Positions 16,201 through 25,608 of a stretch of DNA of 64,000 bases are shown one piece after another. This stretch comes from Thermodesulfobacteriota bacterium. GTDB lineage: Bacteria; Desulfobacterota; Desulfarculia; Adiutricales; JAGVGV01. Below the pieces are notes generated by a model, which was not told where the DNA came from, did no database searches, and saw only the letters and a program-made list of their open reading frames with translations. Within the stretch, counting starts at the first letter, position 1. The number at the start of each line of letters is the position of its first letter. Made by a program: the position numbers and the translations under genes. The stretch covers positions 3,148 through 67,147 of the forward strand of contig JBFMAW010000032.1 of the NCBI GenBank assembly GCA_040755515.1, in the 5' to 3' direction.

Positions 16201-17693
16201 CCCACCACTCTCCTGATCTCCTCGAGGTCGGTGAGCCCGGCGTCGGCCAGCTTCAGTCCCTGTTCGAGCAGGGGCGTCAGGCCTTCGGCCCGGGCCGCCT
16301 GGTTTATGGCCCGGGTATCGGCGGCGGCGGCGATAAGGTCAATCACCCGGCCTTTATTGATCATTACTTCAGCCATGACCTGGCGGCCGCGGTACCCGGT
16401 CCCCCGGCAGCCGGAGCAGCCGGGGCCTCGGCCTTTGAGTTCCCCAGGCGAGTCCCGTCCCAGGCCGGGCGCGTTTTCATTGGCCACGGCCGCGTCCGGC
16501 CGGCAGGCGGGGCAGACCCGGCGGATCAGCCTCTGGCCGGACGCGCCCAGCAGCACCGAGGCCAACAGGGCCGGTCTGACGCCCAGGTCCAGGAGCCTGG
16601 CCACGGTTTCGGCCGCTGACCCGCAGTGGACCGCGCTCAAGACCAGATGTCCGGTGAGGGCGGCCTGGACGGCCGTTTCGGCCGTTTCAGGGTCGCGTAT
16701 CTCTCCGACCATGATCACGGCCGGGTCCTGGCGGAGCGAGGATTTGAGGGCCCGGGCCAGATCGGGTCCGCCCTCGAGGTTGACCTGGACCTGGATGACG
16801 CCGGCCAGACGGTATTCGATGGGGTCCTCGAGGGAGATGATGTTGGCCAGGCGGCCGCGGCTGGCCTGGAGCCGCCTGAGCAGCGCGTACAGGGTGGTGG
16901 TCTTGCCCGAACCGGCCGGTCCCGAGACCAGAAAAAGACCCTGGGGCGAGGAGGCCAGCCGTTCCAAGACCGCCAGCGTCTCCCGGTCGAACCCCAGGTC
17001 GGCCAAGTCCGAGGCCCCCTTGAGCCGGTCGAACAGGCGCAGGCCCACCCGTTCACCCTGGGCCGACGGCAGGATGGAAACCCGGGCGTCGTTCACCTCC
17101 CGGCCGTCGCTCCGGCTGATCCGGCCCTCCTGGATCAGGTCGCGGCGATGCAGGGTCAACCCGGCCGCCACCTTGAGGCAATTGATCAACCTGTCCCCGT
17201 CCGCGCGGCTGAAGGAGGCCGCCGGGAACATGGTCCCGTCTATCTTGAACCAGACCCGCCAGCGGTCCGGACCTGGTTCGAGGTTCAGGTCGCTGGCCTG
17301 ATGGGCCAGGGCCTGGGCGATGAGGAAGTCCAGGGCTTTGCGGTAATTGGCCCCTTTGGAGGCCGCCAGGTCCCGGGCCGTGGCCTCGAGGTCGTCCAAG
17401 GACCGCGGCCGCTCGTCTTTCAGGACCGCCGGTTCGAGGATTTCCCCCAAGGCGGCTCGAAAGGCCGCGGCCTCCGCGTCCGAAGCCAGTCGCAGCCTTA
17501 TCCGTCCGCCGTCCTTCAAGATCAGGGTCAGACCGGCGCCGGGCCGGCCGTTGACGGAAAGCTCCTCGAGGCGCTCGATGTCGGCGTAGTACACTTCGCG
17601 GGCCCCCAGGCGCAAACCCGGCCAGCGGGGAAAGCGCAGGACCTCGGCCCTGAATTCGAAATCGTCGAACTTGATGGCTTGAGACAGCATCAA
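16197..17693 (-). CDS. GspE/PilB-family secretion ATPase with an unassigned ~130-aa N-terminal domain
   Basis: 498 aa. Walker A is SGPAGSGKTTTLYALL. It also has the Asp/His boxes and a tetracysteine CPAC...CSGCRGTGYRGR motif. Confidence 0.88.
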   Translation of the reverse strand: MMLSQAIKFDDFEFRAEVLRFPRWPGLRLGAREVYYADIERLEELSVNGRPGAGLTLILKDGGRIRLRLASDAEAAAFRAALGEILEPAVLKDERPRSLDDLEATARDLAASKGANYRKALDFLIAQALAHQASDLNLEPGPDRWRVWFKIDGTMFPAASFSRADGDRLINCLKVAAGLTLHRRDLIQEGRISRSDGREVNDARVSILPSAQGERVGLRLFDRLKGASDLADLGFDRETLAVLERLASSPQGLFLVSGPAGSGKTTTLYALLRRLQASRGRLANIISLEDPIEYRLAGVIQVQVNLEGGPDLARALKSSLRQDPAVIMVGEIRDPETAETAVQAALTGHLVLSAVHCGSAAETVARLLDLGVRPALLASVLLGASGQRLIRRVCPACRPDAAVANENAPGLGRDSPGELKGRGPGCSGCRGTGYRGRQVMAEVMINKGRVIDLIAAAADTRAINQAARAEGLTPLLEQGLKLADAGLTDLEEIRRVVG

Positions 17694-18715
17694 AACATCG
17701 CCGCCAGGTTGTAGCTGAATAAAATGGCCTCAAAAACGTAGATTATCCCCAGCGCGGCCACGGCGCCGCAGACCAATATACAGCCTTTGAACAAGCGCTC
17801 CAGCTCCCGGTCCAGGTTGACCGACAGATGAGCGCGCAAGAGGTCGTTGGCCCCGGCCAGCAGCTCGGCCAGTTGTCCGGAAGCCGCGCCCAGCCGCAGA
17901 GTTTCCAGGATGGTCCAGCCGCTGAGTTCAGGCTCGAAGGCTTGGGACAGGGGTTCGCCTTTTTCCACCCGCTCGACCAGGTGCCGCCAAGCCGTGTGGT
18001 TTGAACCGGGCGGCAAGGCCTCGCCGGCCGCCGCCAGGGCTTGAGGGACGGTCCGGCCCAGTTCGAGCTGGCGGCCGCAGAGGACGCCCATTTCCAGGGA
18101 CAGGATATGACGGTAGTTACGGCCGATGATCGGGGTCAGGAGGAGCAGCCGGTCCGCCGGGTTCGGTCCGAGAATAAAAGACAAAGCCAGGAGGGATATG
18201 GCCAGTCCGATGGCCAGGAGGACCAGGAACCATGGTTCGGCCCCGAGAAACAGCAGCCGCATGATCAGGGGCGGGGCAATGGAGGAACCAGGGCCGGCCA
18301 GGTTGCGGCAGACTTCGGAGAAGATAAAGGAATAGTAGATCAGAAAGGCCGCCAAGAATATCAGGACCGCGGCCAGGTACCCATAGATGATACGCACCTG
18401 GCCGTGGAAGCGGCCGCGGAGGGGGTACTGGTCCATGATCATCCGGAGGGCCTGGGGCAGCCTCCCGGCTGCTTCGCCTTCCCGGATAAGCTGGACGAAA
18501 TAACCCGGCACGCCCTTGATGCCGGCCAGGGCCTCGGACAAGGTTTGCCCGTTGGCCAGGCCAAGCTTTATTTTTCGATATAAGGGATAGCGACCTAAAA
18601 ACCGGTCCGCCGTCCGATCAGGACCAGGCCCGGGGATCAAGGGCAGGCCTTTTTCCGCCCGGGCGTACCAGTAGGGGATGATCAGCTCCAGTCCTTTCAG
18701 GCGGCTCGGGTTCAT
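17690..18715 (-). CDS. GspF/PilC-like platform protein, paralog 3
   Basis: I used the internal start MNPSRLKG at 18715, 6 nt after the upstream stop. The 503-aa track ORF has an Arg/Pro-rich out-of-context extension that overlaps paralog 2. The protein is polytopic with T2SSF-like helical repeats. Confidence 0.7.
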   Translation of the reverse strand: MNPSRLKGLELIIPYWYARAEKGLPLIPGPGPDRTADRFLGRYPLYRKIKLGLANGQTLSEALAGIKGVPGYFVQLIREGEAAGRLPQALRMIMDQYPLRGRFHGQVRIIYGYLAAVLIFLAAFLIYYSFIFSEVCRNLAGPGSSIAPPLIMRLLFLGAEPWFLVLLAIGLAISLLALSFILGPNPADRLLLLTPIIGRNYRHILSLEMGVLCGRQLELGRTVPQALAAAGEALPPGSNHTAWRHLVERVEKGEPLSQAFEPELSGWTILETLRLGAASGQLAELLAGANDLLRAHLSVNLDRELERLFKGCILVCGAVAALGIIYVFEAILFSYNLAAMF

Positions 18716-18720
18716 GACTT

Positions 18721-19890
18721 CTAATCGGTGAAGAGCGCCAGCTTGAAGATGGGTTGATAAAAGGACACGATCCAAAGGCCGCCCAACAGGGCCCATAGAA
18801 GGTGCAGGGCGAGTTCGAGGCGGCGGTAGATGATTTTGGCTCGTCCTAATATTTGTTCGCGGCCGCCGGTCAGAAAAAGGTCCAAGGCGGCCGGAATGTC
18901 TCCGGCCGAGGCGGCGGCCTCGAGGATTTCCACCAGGCCCGGGGGAAGACGGCCCTCCTTCCTTTCCAGGTGGAAGCCGGCCTGACCGTTGCCGGCCTTT
19001 TGGCTCAGAAAGGTCGCGGCCTGTATGTATTTCTTGAAGCCGTGAATCCTGGCCGAGGCCAGCAGGGCCTGTTGGGGCGTCCGGCCGAGGCCGATCAGAC
19101 GTTTGATGAACAATACCAGAAAAACCCGGTCCAGTTGATCGAGCCAGGTATTTAATATACCCCGATAGGTCAAGGTTTTTCTCAAGTAATGTATCAACCA
19201 CAAGACCAGGACGGTGTAGAGCGCGTATCGGATCACGTCGACCATGATCATGGCCGTTTGGGTCAGGACGGGCAGGGGCTGGCCTATTTCCGAGAACGTC
19301 TGTTCGAAGCTGGGGAAAATAAGGGCGCTGGTCGCAATACCCAAAAATCCCAGGACCGCCAGGAGCAGGGTCGGATAGGCCAGGCTCTTGTTGCGGATCG
19401 AGCGCAGTTGCTTCTCCAGGCTTTCATAAAGGAAATAGTCGCCGGTCAGGCCGAACATGTCCCGGCAGGTTTCACCTTCGGCCAGGGTCAGGAGGAAGCG
19501 GGGCGGCAGCCAGGGCAGTCGCCGGCCGCAGGCTTCGACCAGGGAAGCTCCGTTCTCGAGGTCCTGGATAACATGGTTCCATCTCTTTTTTTGGCGGGGG
19601 AAATGAACTTTGAGCCTTTCGAAAGCCTCGATAAAGGTCAGTCCCAGTTTGAGGCCGGCGGAAAGCTGGCCGAACCAGCGGTTCGGATCCGGCTTCTTGA
19701 AATAGAAGACGAGAGAGGCTTCGGCCAGGAGGAAAAACAGCGCCAGGGTGATATCCAGCGGGGTCGGCGCGCCCAGCGAAACAAGCAGAAGAAGGCCGCA
19801 CAGGACCATACCCAGCCGGCGCCAGGGCAGCCGGCGCCTCAGCCGGGACAAGATCGAAGGGGCGCGGTCCAAGTCTTGTACGTTGTTCAA
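18721..19890 (-). CDS. GspF/PilC-like platform protein, paralog 2
   Basis: 389 aa with alternating cytoplasmic helical bundles and TM segments. It has a 4-nt overlap with paralog 1. Confidence 0.7.
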   Translation of the reverse strand: MNNVQDLDRAPSILSRLRRRLPWRRLGMVLCGLLLLVSLGAPTPLDITLALFFLLAEASLVFYFKKPDPNRWFGQLSAGLKLGLTFIEAFERLKVHFPRQKKRWNHVIQDLENGASLVEACGRRLPWLPPRFLLTLAEGETCRDMFGLTGDYFLYESLEKQLRSIRNKSLAYPTLLLAVLGFLGIATSALIFPSFEQTFSEIGQPLPVLTQTAMIMVDVIRYALYTVLVLWLIHYLRKTLTYRGILNTWLDQLDRVFLVLFIKRLIGLGRTPQQALLASARIHGFKKYIQAATFLSQKAGNGQAGFHLERKEGRLPPGLVEILEAAASAGDIPAALDLFLTGGREQILGRAKIIYRRLELALHLLWALLGGLWIVSFYQPIFKLALFTD

Positions 19891-20846
19891 GATACCACCC
19901 CGGCCATTTGAAAAAGCGGCAGGTATATGGCGATCAGAAAGGCCACGGCCAGGCAGATCAGCGTTATGAACAAACCGGCCCCGACCAGTTCCACTATCCG
20001 GACCTTTACGGCCCGGGCTTCATAGTAGGCGGCGATTTCGGCCACCGCGCCTTGGCCCTGGGCCAGCAGGCCCGCGGCGAACTTGGGAAAAAGGCCGGAC
20101 GCGGCCAGGGCCTGGGCCGGATTCCGGCTCGGGTCCAGGCCTTTCAACCCGGCCAGGACGCGGCGGCGGAGCCAGGGATTTTCGGTCAAGGCCGCGGCCG
20201 CGGCCAGACCTTGGCCCAGGTTGAGTCCTCGATCGAGTCCGGCCCGCAGAACGGCGAAGACAAAACCCGGGTTGGACGTCTTAAAAACCAATAGAGGCAG
20301 GACCAGGATCAGGGCGATCCCGACCAGGGTCGTCGCCAGGAAGTGATGCCTGACCAGGTTGGTCAAGTCGATGAACGCCTGGGTCAAGAACGGTAGCCTG
20401 GCCCCGAAACTGGTGTACATATCCGCGAAGGCCGGCGCGACGAATCCGGTCAGAAAAAGCCAAACGGCCAGGGCCACCAAGCCCTGCCCCACCAGGAGGA
20501 AATAGGTCCGCCAGTCGGACGGCTGGTAATACCTGGCTCGGGCCGCATAAGCTTCTTCCAGGAAGCCGAAGATGTTTTCCAAGGGGTGAGCGGCGGCCTC
20601 GAGGTCTTTGAGACAACGGCCCAGGCCGGCGGGCCAGGGATGTTTCCGGTCGAACAGGGCTTCGGCCAGGGACCGTCCGGAGGTCAGGGCCTGACCGGCC
20701 CGGGTAAAATGGGACCTCAAATGAACGCCGCCGGCGCCGGCGGCCATTAATTCCAAAGCCGCGGCCGGATTATGCCCGCCGGACAGAAGGACCCGGAAGT
20801 TCTTCAGGAAGAGGAGCAGGGCCAGGTTATCCGGTTTGGAGTTCAT
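19887..20846 (-). CDS. GspF/PilC-like platform protein, paralog 1
   Basis: 319 aa. The C-terminus IAIYLPLFQMAGVV is typical of GspF/PilC (consensus ..P.f....). Confidence 0.7.
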   Translation of the reverse strand: MNSKPDNLALLLFLKNFRVLLSGGHNPAAALELMAAGAGGVHLRSHFTRAGQALTSGRSLAEALFDRKHPWPAGLGRCLKDLEAAAHPLENIFGFLEEAYAARARYYQPSDWRTYFLLVGQGLVALAVWLFLTGFVAPAFADMYTSFGARLPFLTQAFIDLTNLVRHHFLATTLVGIALILVLPLLVFKTSNPGFVFAVLRAGLDRGLNLGQGLAAAAALTENPWLRRRVLAGLKGLDPSRNPAQALAASGLFPKFAAGLLAQGQGAVAEIAAYYEARAVKVRIVELVGAGLFITLICLAVAFLIAIYLPLFQMAGVVS

Positions 20847-20863
20847 CGACCCGGGAGCGCAGG

Positions 20864-21265
20864 TTATGGTCTTACGATTTCGTAAGTGGCGTGGGTGGCG
20901 GCGAAAACGTTCCGGCCGTCCTTCAGGGCCAGGGCGGTGAACCCTTCGGCCGTGGCTTCCACCTTGAACTGGTAACCGTAGAGATTCTGTCCGGGTTCAA
21001 AGGCCAGGGACCGCCACTGATCCTTCATTTCCCACGGACCGTTCTTGGCCGCCGGATTGAGGGGGCAGGCCAGGTACTGACCATGCTCGGCCCGGTACTC
21101 ACGCTCCCTCGAGGCAATCTCCGCCAGCAGAAGCTGGATGGCTGTTTCCTGGGCCTTCTGGCGGTACAGGGAATAGTTGGGCACGGCCACGCCGGCCAGA
21201 ATGGCGATGATAGCCATGACGATGGTCAGTTCGATCAAGGTGAAACCAGCGGCGTCGCGACTCAT
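20864..21265 (-). CDS. Major pilin / GspG-like pseudopilin
   Basis: 133 aa. MSRDAAG/FTLIELTIVMAIIAILAGVAVPNY has a short leader and Glu5. It is the first gene of the operon. Confidence 0.85.
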   Translation of the reverse strand: MSRDAAGFTLIELTIVMAIIAILAGVAVPNYSLYRQKAQETAIQLLLAEIASREREYRAEHGQYLACPLNPAAKNGPWEMKDQWRSLAFEPGQNLYGYQFKVEATAEGFTALALKDGRNVFAATHATYEIVRP

Positions 21266-21484
21266 CGTTTCACCACCCCCTCTGATCCGAACCGGCCCCG
21301 TGTTTCCATCGGCCGGTCATATTCCTCAGGGTAAAAGCAGCTTCGAGTCTGATTGAAGACAGGAATATGGATATAACAAAACGCCCGTGGCGTCAAGGCT
21401 GACTGTCTAATCCTTGACTAAATACTTGACTTCCTGAAAAATCCAATGCTACTAGAACATTTTTCCACGTTCCGGAGAAGCAGC

Positions 21485-22030
21485 ATGGGACCAACCCTGA
21501 AGAAAACCATCCTTGACGCGCGGGGCGTCGGCGAGACCCTCGGGAGCCTGGCCGACGAAATCATGGCCGCCGATGCCAAGGCCGAAAATCTGGTTCTGGT
21601 AGGCATCCGCACCGGGGGGGTCTTCCTGGCCCAGCGCCTGAAGTCCATCCTGGAGAAGAAAGTCGGTCAACCCATTCCTTCCGGGGCTATAGACATCAAC
21701 CTTTACCGCGACGACTGGACCAGGATCGGCGTCAAGCCCCGGGTGGGCAAGACCGAACTCAACTTCTCCATTGACGACAAGAGAGTCGTCCTGGTGGACG
21801 ACGTGCTTTACACCGGCCGCACCGTTCGCGCCGCCATGGACGCCCTGATGGACTTCGGCCGGCCGGGACGGATCGAACTGGTCGTCCTGGTGGACCGCGG
21901 CCACCGCGAGCTGCCCATCTGCTCCAATTTCACCGGCCTTACCCTTAAGACCGAACGTGAAGAAAGGGTCAACGTCTACTTCGAGGAACTGGGCCGGGAA
22001 GATGAAGTGGCCGTGGAGCGAGCCGTCTAA
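21485..22030 (+). CDS. pyrR: PyrR, pyrimidine operon regulator / uracil phosphoribosyltransferase
   Basis: The PRPP-binding motif is VVLVDDVLYTGRTVRAA, followed by VVLVDRGHRELPI. I prefer the start at MGPTLKK; the track ORF begins at 21446. Confidence 0.9.
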   Translation: MGPTLKKTILDARGVGETLGSLADEIMAADAKAENLVLVGIRTGGVFLAQRLKSILEKKVGQPIPSGAIDINLYRDDWTRIGVKPRVGKTELNFSIDDKRVVLVDDVLYTGRTVRAAMDALMDFGRPGRIELVVLVDRGHRELPICSNFTGLTLKTEREERVNVYFEELGREDEVAVERAV

Positions 22031-22133
22031 ACACCCTTGACAATCCCCAAGTCTTTCGATAGACGTGTTATTCGTCCTTTTTGCTTTATATTGTATAAAG
22101 TGAAAACTTGAACAAACAGTCTGGGAGGTTGGC

Positions 22134-25100
22134 ATGGGTATCACGGCCAAAGAGACCGTGGGATCGGTCATGGTGGTCGGTGGAGGCATCGCCGGCATGC
22201 AGGCGGCCCTGGATCTGGCTGATTCCGGTTACTTCGTCTATCTGATTGAAAAATCGCCGGCCATAGGCGGGCGGATGGCCCAACTGGACAAGACCTTCCC
22301 GACCAATGACTGCTCCATGTGAATTATCTCGCCCAAACTGGTCGAGGTCGGCCGGCATATAAACATCGAGTTGATGACCCTTTCCGAAATCCAGGCGGTT
22401 TCCGGAGAGGAAGGTAATTTCACCGTCACCGTCCGCCAGAACCCCCGGTTCGTGGACATGGACAAGTGCATCGCCTGCGGCGACTGCGCGGCTAAATGTC
22501 CCAAAAAGGTGGACAACGAATACAATGAAAAGCTGGACAAGCGCAAAGCGGCCTACGTCCAATACGCCCAGGCCGTGCCGCTCAAGTACTGCCTGGATCA
22601 GGCCAACTGCATTTACTTTGTCAAGGGCAAATGCCGGGCCTGCGAAAAGTTCTGCCCCACCGGCGCCATCTATTTCGCGGACCAGGCCAAGGAGGTCAGC
22701 CTGAAGGTGGGTTCGATCGTCCTGGCCCCGGGTTTTGAACCCTTTGATCCCAGTATTTTCAATACTTATCTGTATGCGCAACATCCCAACGTGGTTACGG
22801 CCCTGGAGTTCGAGCGCTTGCTGGCCGCCTCGGGGCCGACCCTGGGCCATATCCTCCGCCCCGGCGATCAGGCCGAACCGCGCCGGATCGCCTTCATGCA
22901 GTGCGTGGGTTCTCGGGACATCAACAAGTGCGATAACGGATACTGTTCGAGCGTCTGCTGCATGTACGCGGTCAAGGAAGCCACTTTGGCCATGGAGCAC
23001 AGCCACGACCCGCTGGACGTGGCCATCTTTTTCATGGACATGCGCACCTTCGGCAAAGACTTTGAAAAGTATTACGAAAAGGCCAAGACCAAGGGCGTGC
23101 GCTTCATCCGTTCCCGCATCCACACCGTGGACCCTCTCCCGGACGGCGGCTTGCGCCTGAACTTCGTGACCGAGGACGGCCGGCCGGAGTCCGAGGACTT
23201 CGACCTGCTGGTGCTGTCGCACGGCCTACAGATTTCGGCCGAGACCCAGGCCTTGGCCAAGCGCCTGAACGTGGACCTGGACCATTACAAGTTCGTCAAG
23301 GCTTCGTCTTTCCAGCCCGTGGCCACCAACCGGCCGGGAATTTACGCCTGCGGCGTCTTGACCGGGCCCAAGGACATCCCCATTTCGGTGATGGAAGCCA
23401 GCGCCGCGGCCTCGGCCGCCTCCTCGAAGCTGGCCGCGGCCCGCAACACCCTGATCAGGGAAAAAGTGATCCCGCCGGCCCGCAACGTCATGGGCGAACC
23501 GCCCCGGATCGGCGTCTTCGTCTGCAACTGCGGCATAAACATCGGCAGCGTGGTCCGGGTGCCCGAGGTGGTCGAGTTCGCCAAGACCCTGCCTTTCGTC
23601 GAGTACAGCGAGGAAAACCTATTTTCCTGCTCCCAGGACACCCAGAACAAGATCACCGAGATCATCAAGGCCAACAATCTCAACCGCATCGTGGTGGCCG
23701 CCTGTTCGCCCCGGACCCATGAGCCGCTCTTCCAGGAGACCCTGGTCAACGCCGGCCTGAACAAGTACCTGTTCGAAATGGCCAACATCCGCAACCACGA
23801 TTCCTGGGTCCACGGCGGCGACCGAGATTCGGCCACGGAAAAAGCCAAGGACCTGGTGCGCATGGCGGTGGCCAAGGCCGCCCTGCTGTCGCCCTTGAGC
23901 GAAACCACCATCCAGGTGGAGCCTTCGGCCCTGGTCATCGGCGGCGGCGTGGCCGGATTGAACGCGGCTTTGGCCCTGTCGGCCCAGGGCTTTAAGGTCA
24001 ACGTGGTGGAAAAGACCGACGTCCTGGGCGGCAACGCCCGCCGGCTGACCAGGACGTCCAAGGGCGAAAACGTGGCCGCGTACCTGGACGAATTGACGGC
24101 CAGGGTCGAGGCCGACCCGAATATCAGTCTGCATATGCAGGCCACCGTGGCCGACGTGGACGGCTTCATCGGCAACTTCACCACCAGGCTGAGCGACGGC
24201 CGGGAGATCAAGCACGGCGCGGCCGTGATCGCCACCGGCGCCCATGAACTGACCCCCACCGAATACTTGTACGGCCGGGACAAGCGGGTCTTGACCGCCC
24301 TGGAACTGGACGCCCTGATCAAGAAGGACGATCCCGGCCTGAAGAAGGCCAGGACCTTCGCCTTCATCCAGTGCGTGGGCTCGCGCGAGCCGGAGCGGGC
24401 GTACTGCTCGAAGGTCTGCTGCACCCATACGGTCATGAGCGCCCTCGAAATCAAGGAGAAAAATCCCCAGGCCAGGGTCTTTGTTCTGTACCGCGACATC
24501 AGGACCTACGGCGGCCGGGAAGACCTGTATAAAGAGGCCCGGAGCAAGGGCGTCATCTTCATCCGCTACGACCTGGAAGGTAAACCGGCGGTGAGGACCG
24601 GCGCCTCGGCCCTGGAAATAACGGTCTTCGACCCCATCCTCCAGCGCGAAGTGACCGTTCCGGCCGACTACCTGACCTTGGCCACGGCCATCGTCAGCGA
24701 AAAGGACGAGCGCCTGGCCCAGTTGTTCAAGGTGCCCCTGGACGGCGACGGCTGGTTCCTCGAGGCCCACCAGAAACTCAGACCCGTGGACTTCGCCACC
24801 GACGGCGTGTTCATGGCCGGCCTGGCCCATTACCCCAAGCCGATCGAAGAATCGGTGGCCCAGGCCCAGGCCGCGGCTTCCCGGGCCGCCTGCGTCCTGA
24901 CCAGGACCGAACTCCTGGTGGGCGGCGTGGTGGCCGAGATCAACCAGAACCGTTGCGTGGGCTGCAACGTCTGCGTGCTGGTCTGTCCGTACAAGGCCAT
25001 CGCCCTCAACGACAAGGACAAGGCCGAGGTCAACGAGGCCTTGTGCAAGGGCTGCGGCACTTGCGTCTCGTCCTGCCGCAGCGGCGCGCCGCAACTGCGA

Positions 25101-25148
25101 GGCTTCACCAACGCGGCCATCTTCGCCCAGATCGCCTCCTCCTTCTGA
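22134..25148 (+). CDS. hdrA: HdrA-like heterodisulfide reductase flavoprotein, large tandem form, with in-frame TGA (probable selenocysteine) at codon 63
   Basis: The ORFs 22134-22322 and 22371-25148 are in the same frame. Read-through gives [30 protein letters not shown], which matches the conserved HdrA motif [10 protein letters not shown](I/L)..PK(L/M)VEVGRH. There are two GxGxxG modules ([16 protein letters not shown] and [15 protein letters not shown]) and several CxxCxxCxxxCP ferredoxin motifs. Confidence 0.8.
22320..22322 (+). other. In-frame UGA, predicted Sec codon in hdrA
   Basis: The TGA aligns with the second Cys of the CSMC motif. The reading frame continues with conserved HdrA sequence. 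Confidence 0.7.
22326..22348 (+). other. Candidate bacterial SECIS hairpin
   Basis: AUCUCG pairs with CGAGGU (6 bp including one G-U) around the loop CCCAAACUGGU. The loop GGU lies about 19-21 nt after the UGA, similar to the spacing in E. coli fdhF. Hand-folded only. Confidence 0.35.
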
Positions 25149-25158
25149 AGGTGAACCA

Positions 25159-25608
25159 ATGACCGAGAAACGGAAAAGCGACGGATACGAACCCAAGATC
25201 ATCGCCTTCTTCTGCAACTGGTGCACCTATGGCGCGGCCGACCTGGCCGGCGTGAGCCGCCTGCAGTACCCGCCCAACTTCCGGGCCATCCGCCTGCCCT
25301 GCACCGGCCGGATGAGCCCCAAGTTCATTCTCGAGGCCTTCAAGCGCGGGGCGGACGGAGTCTGGGTGTCAGGCTGCCATCCGGGCGACTGCCATTTCAT
25401 CGCCGGCAACTACTTCGCCCGCCGGAAGTTCACTTTGCTGTACAACCTGTTCCAGAACCTGGGCCTCGAGCCGGGCCGGCTGCACTTTTCCTGGATATCC
25501 TCGGCCGAAGCCTCCAAGTTCCAGACCGTGGCCACGGAGGTCATCGAGGCGGTCAAGGCGGCCGGACCGAGCCAGCGCTACATCAAGCCCAGAGTCGAGG
25601 TGGCCTAG
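25159..25608 (+). CDS. mvhD: MvhD/FlxD-type [2Fe-2S] subunit (methyl-viologen-reducing hydrogenase delta family)
   Basis: 149 aa. FFCNWCTYGAADLAG...LPCTGRM...GADGVWVSGCHPGDCHF is the diagnostic MvhD pattern. Confidence 0.9.
   Translation: MTEKRKSDGYEPKIIAFFCNWCTYGAADLAGVSRLQYPPNFRAIRLPCTGRMSPKFILEAFKRGADGVWVSGCHPGDCHFIAGNYFARRKFTLLYNLFQNLGLEPGRLHFSWISSAEASKFQTVATEVIEAVKAAGPSQRYIKPRVEVA

Noticed and set aside
17690-19201. The full 503-aa ORF as the third GspF-like gene.
   Set aside because: The first 162 residues are Arg/Pro/Gly-rich and overlap the well-supported 389-aa gene in another frame. The internal ATG at 18715 sits 6 nt after that gene's stop.
21455-21490. A possible PyrR-binding loop (GUUCCGGAGAAGCA, resembling the ARUCCAGAGAGGYU consensus) overlapping the pyrR RBS, suggesting translational autoregulation.
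   Set aside because: The match to the consensus is only partial, and the flanking stem (CCACG/GCAUGG) has a mismatch. I cannot separate it from chance without covariation data.
22037-22065. TTGACA-17-TAGACG as the hdrA promoter.
   Set aside because: The -10 element is poor (2-3 of 6 positions), so it is not reported as a feature.
22134-22322. The 62-aa ORF as a stand-alone small gene, or hdrA as a pseudogene disrupted by a nonsense mutation.
   Set aside because: The frame continues with highly conserved HdrA sequence immediately after the TGA, and the TGA replaces a conserved Cys. Selenocysteine recoding is the simpler explanation.
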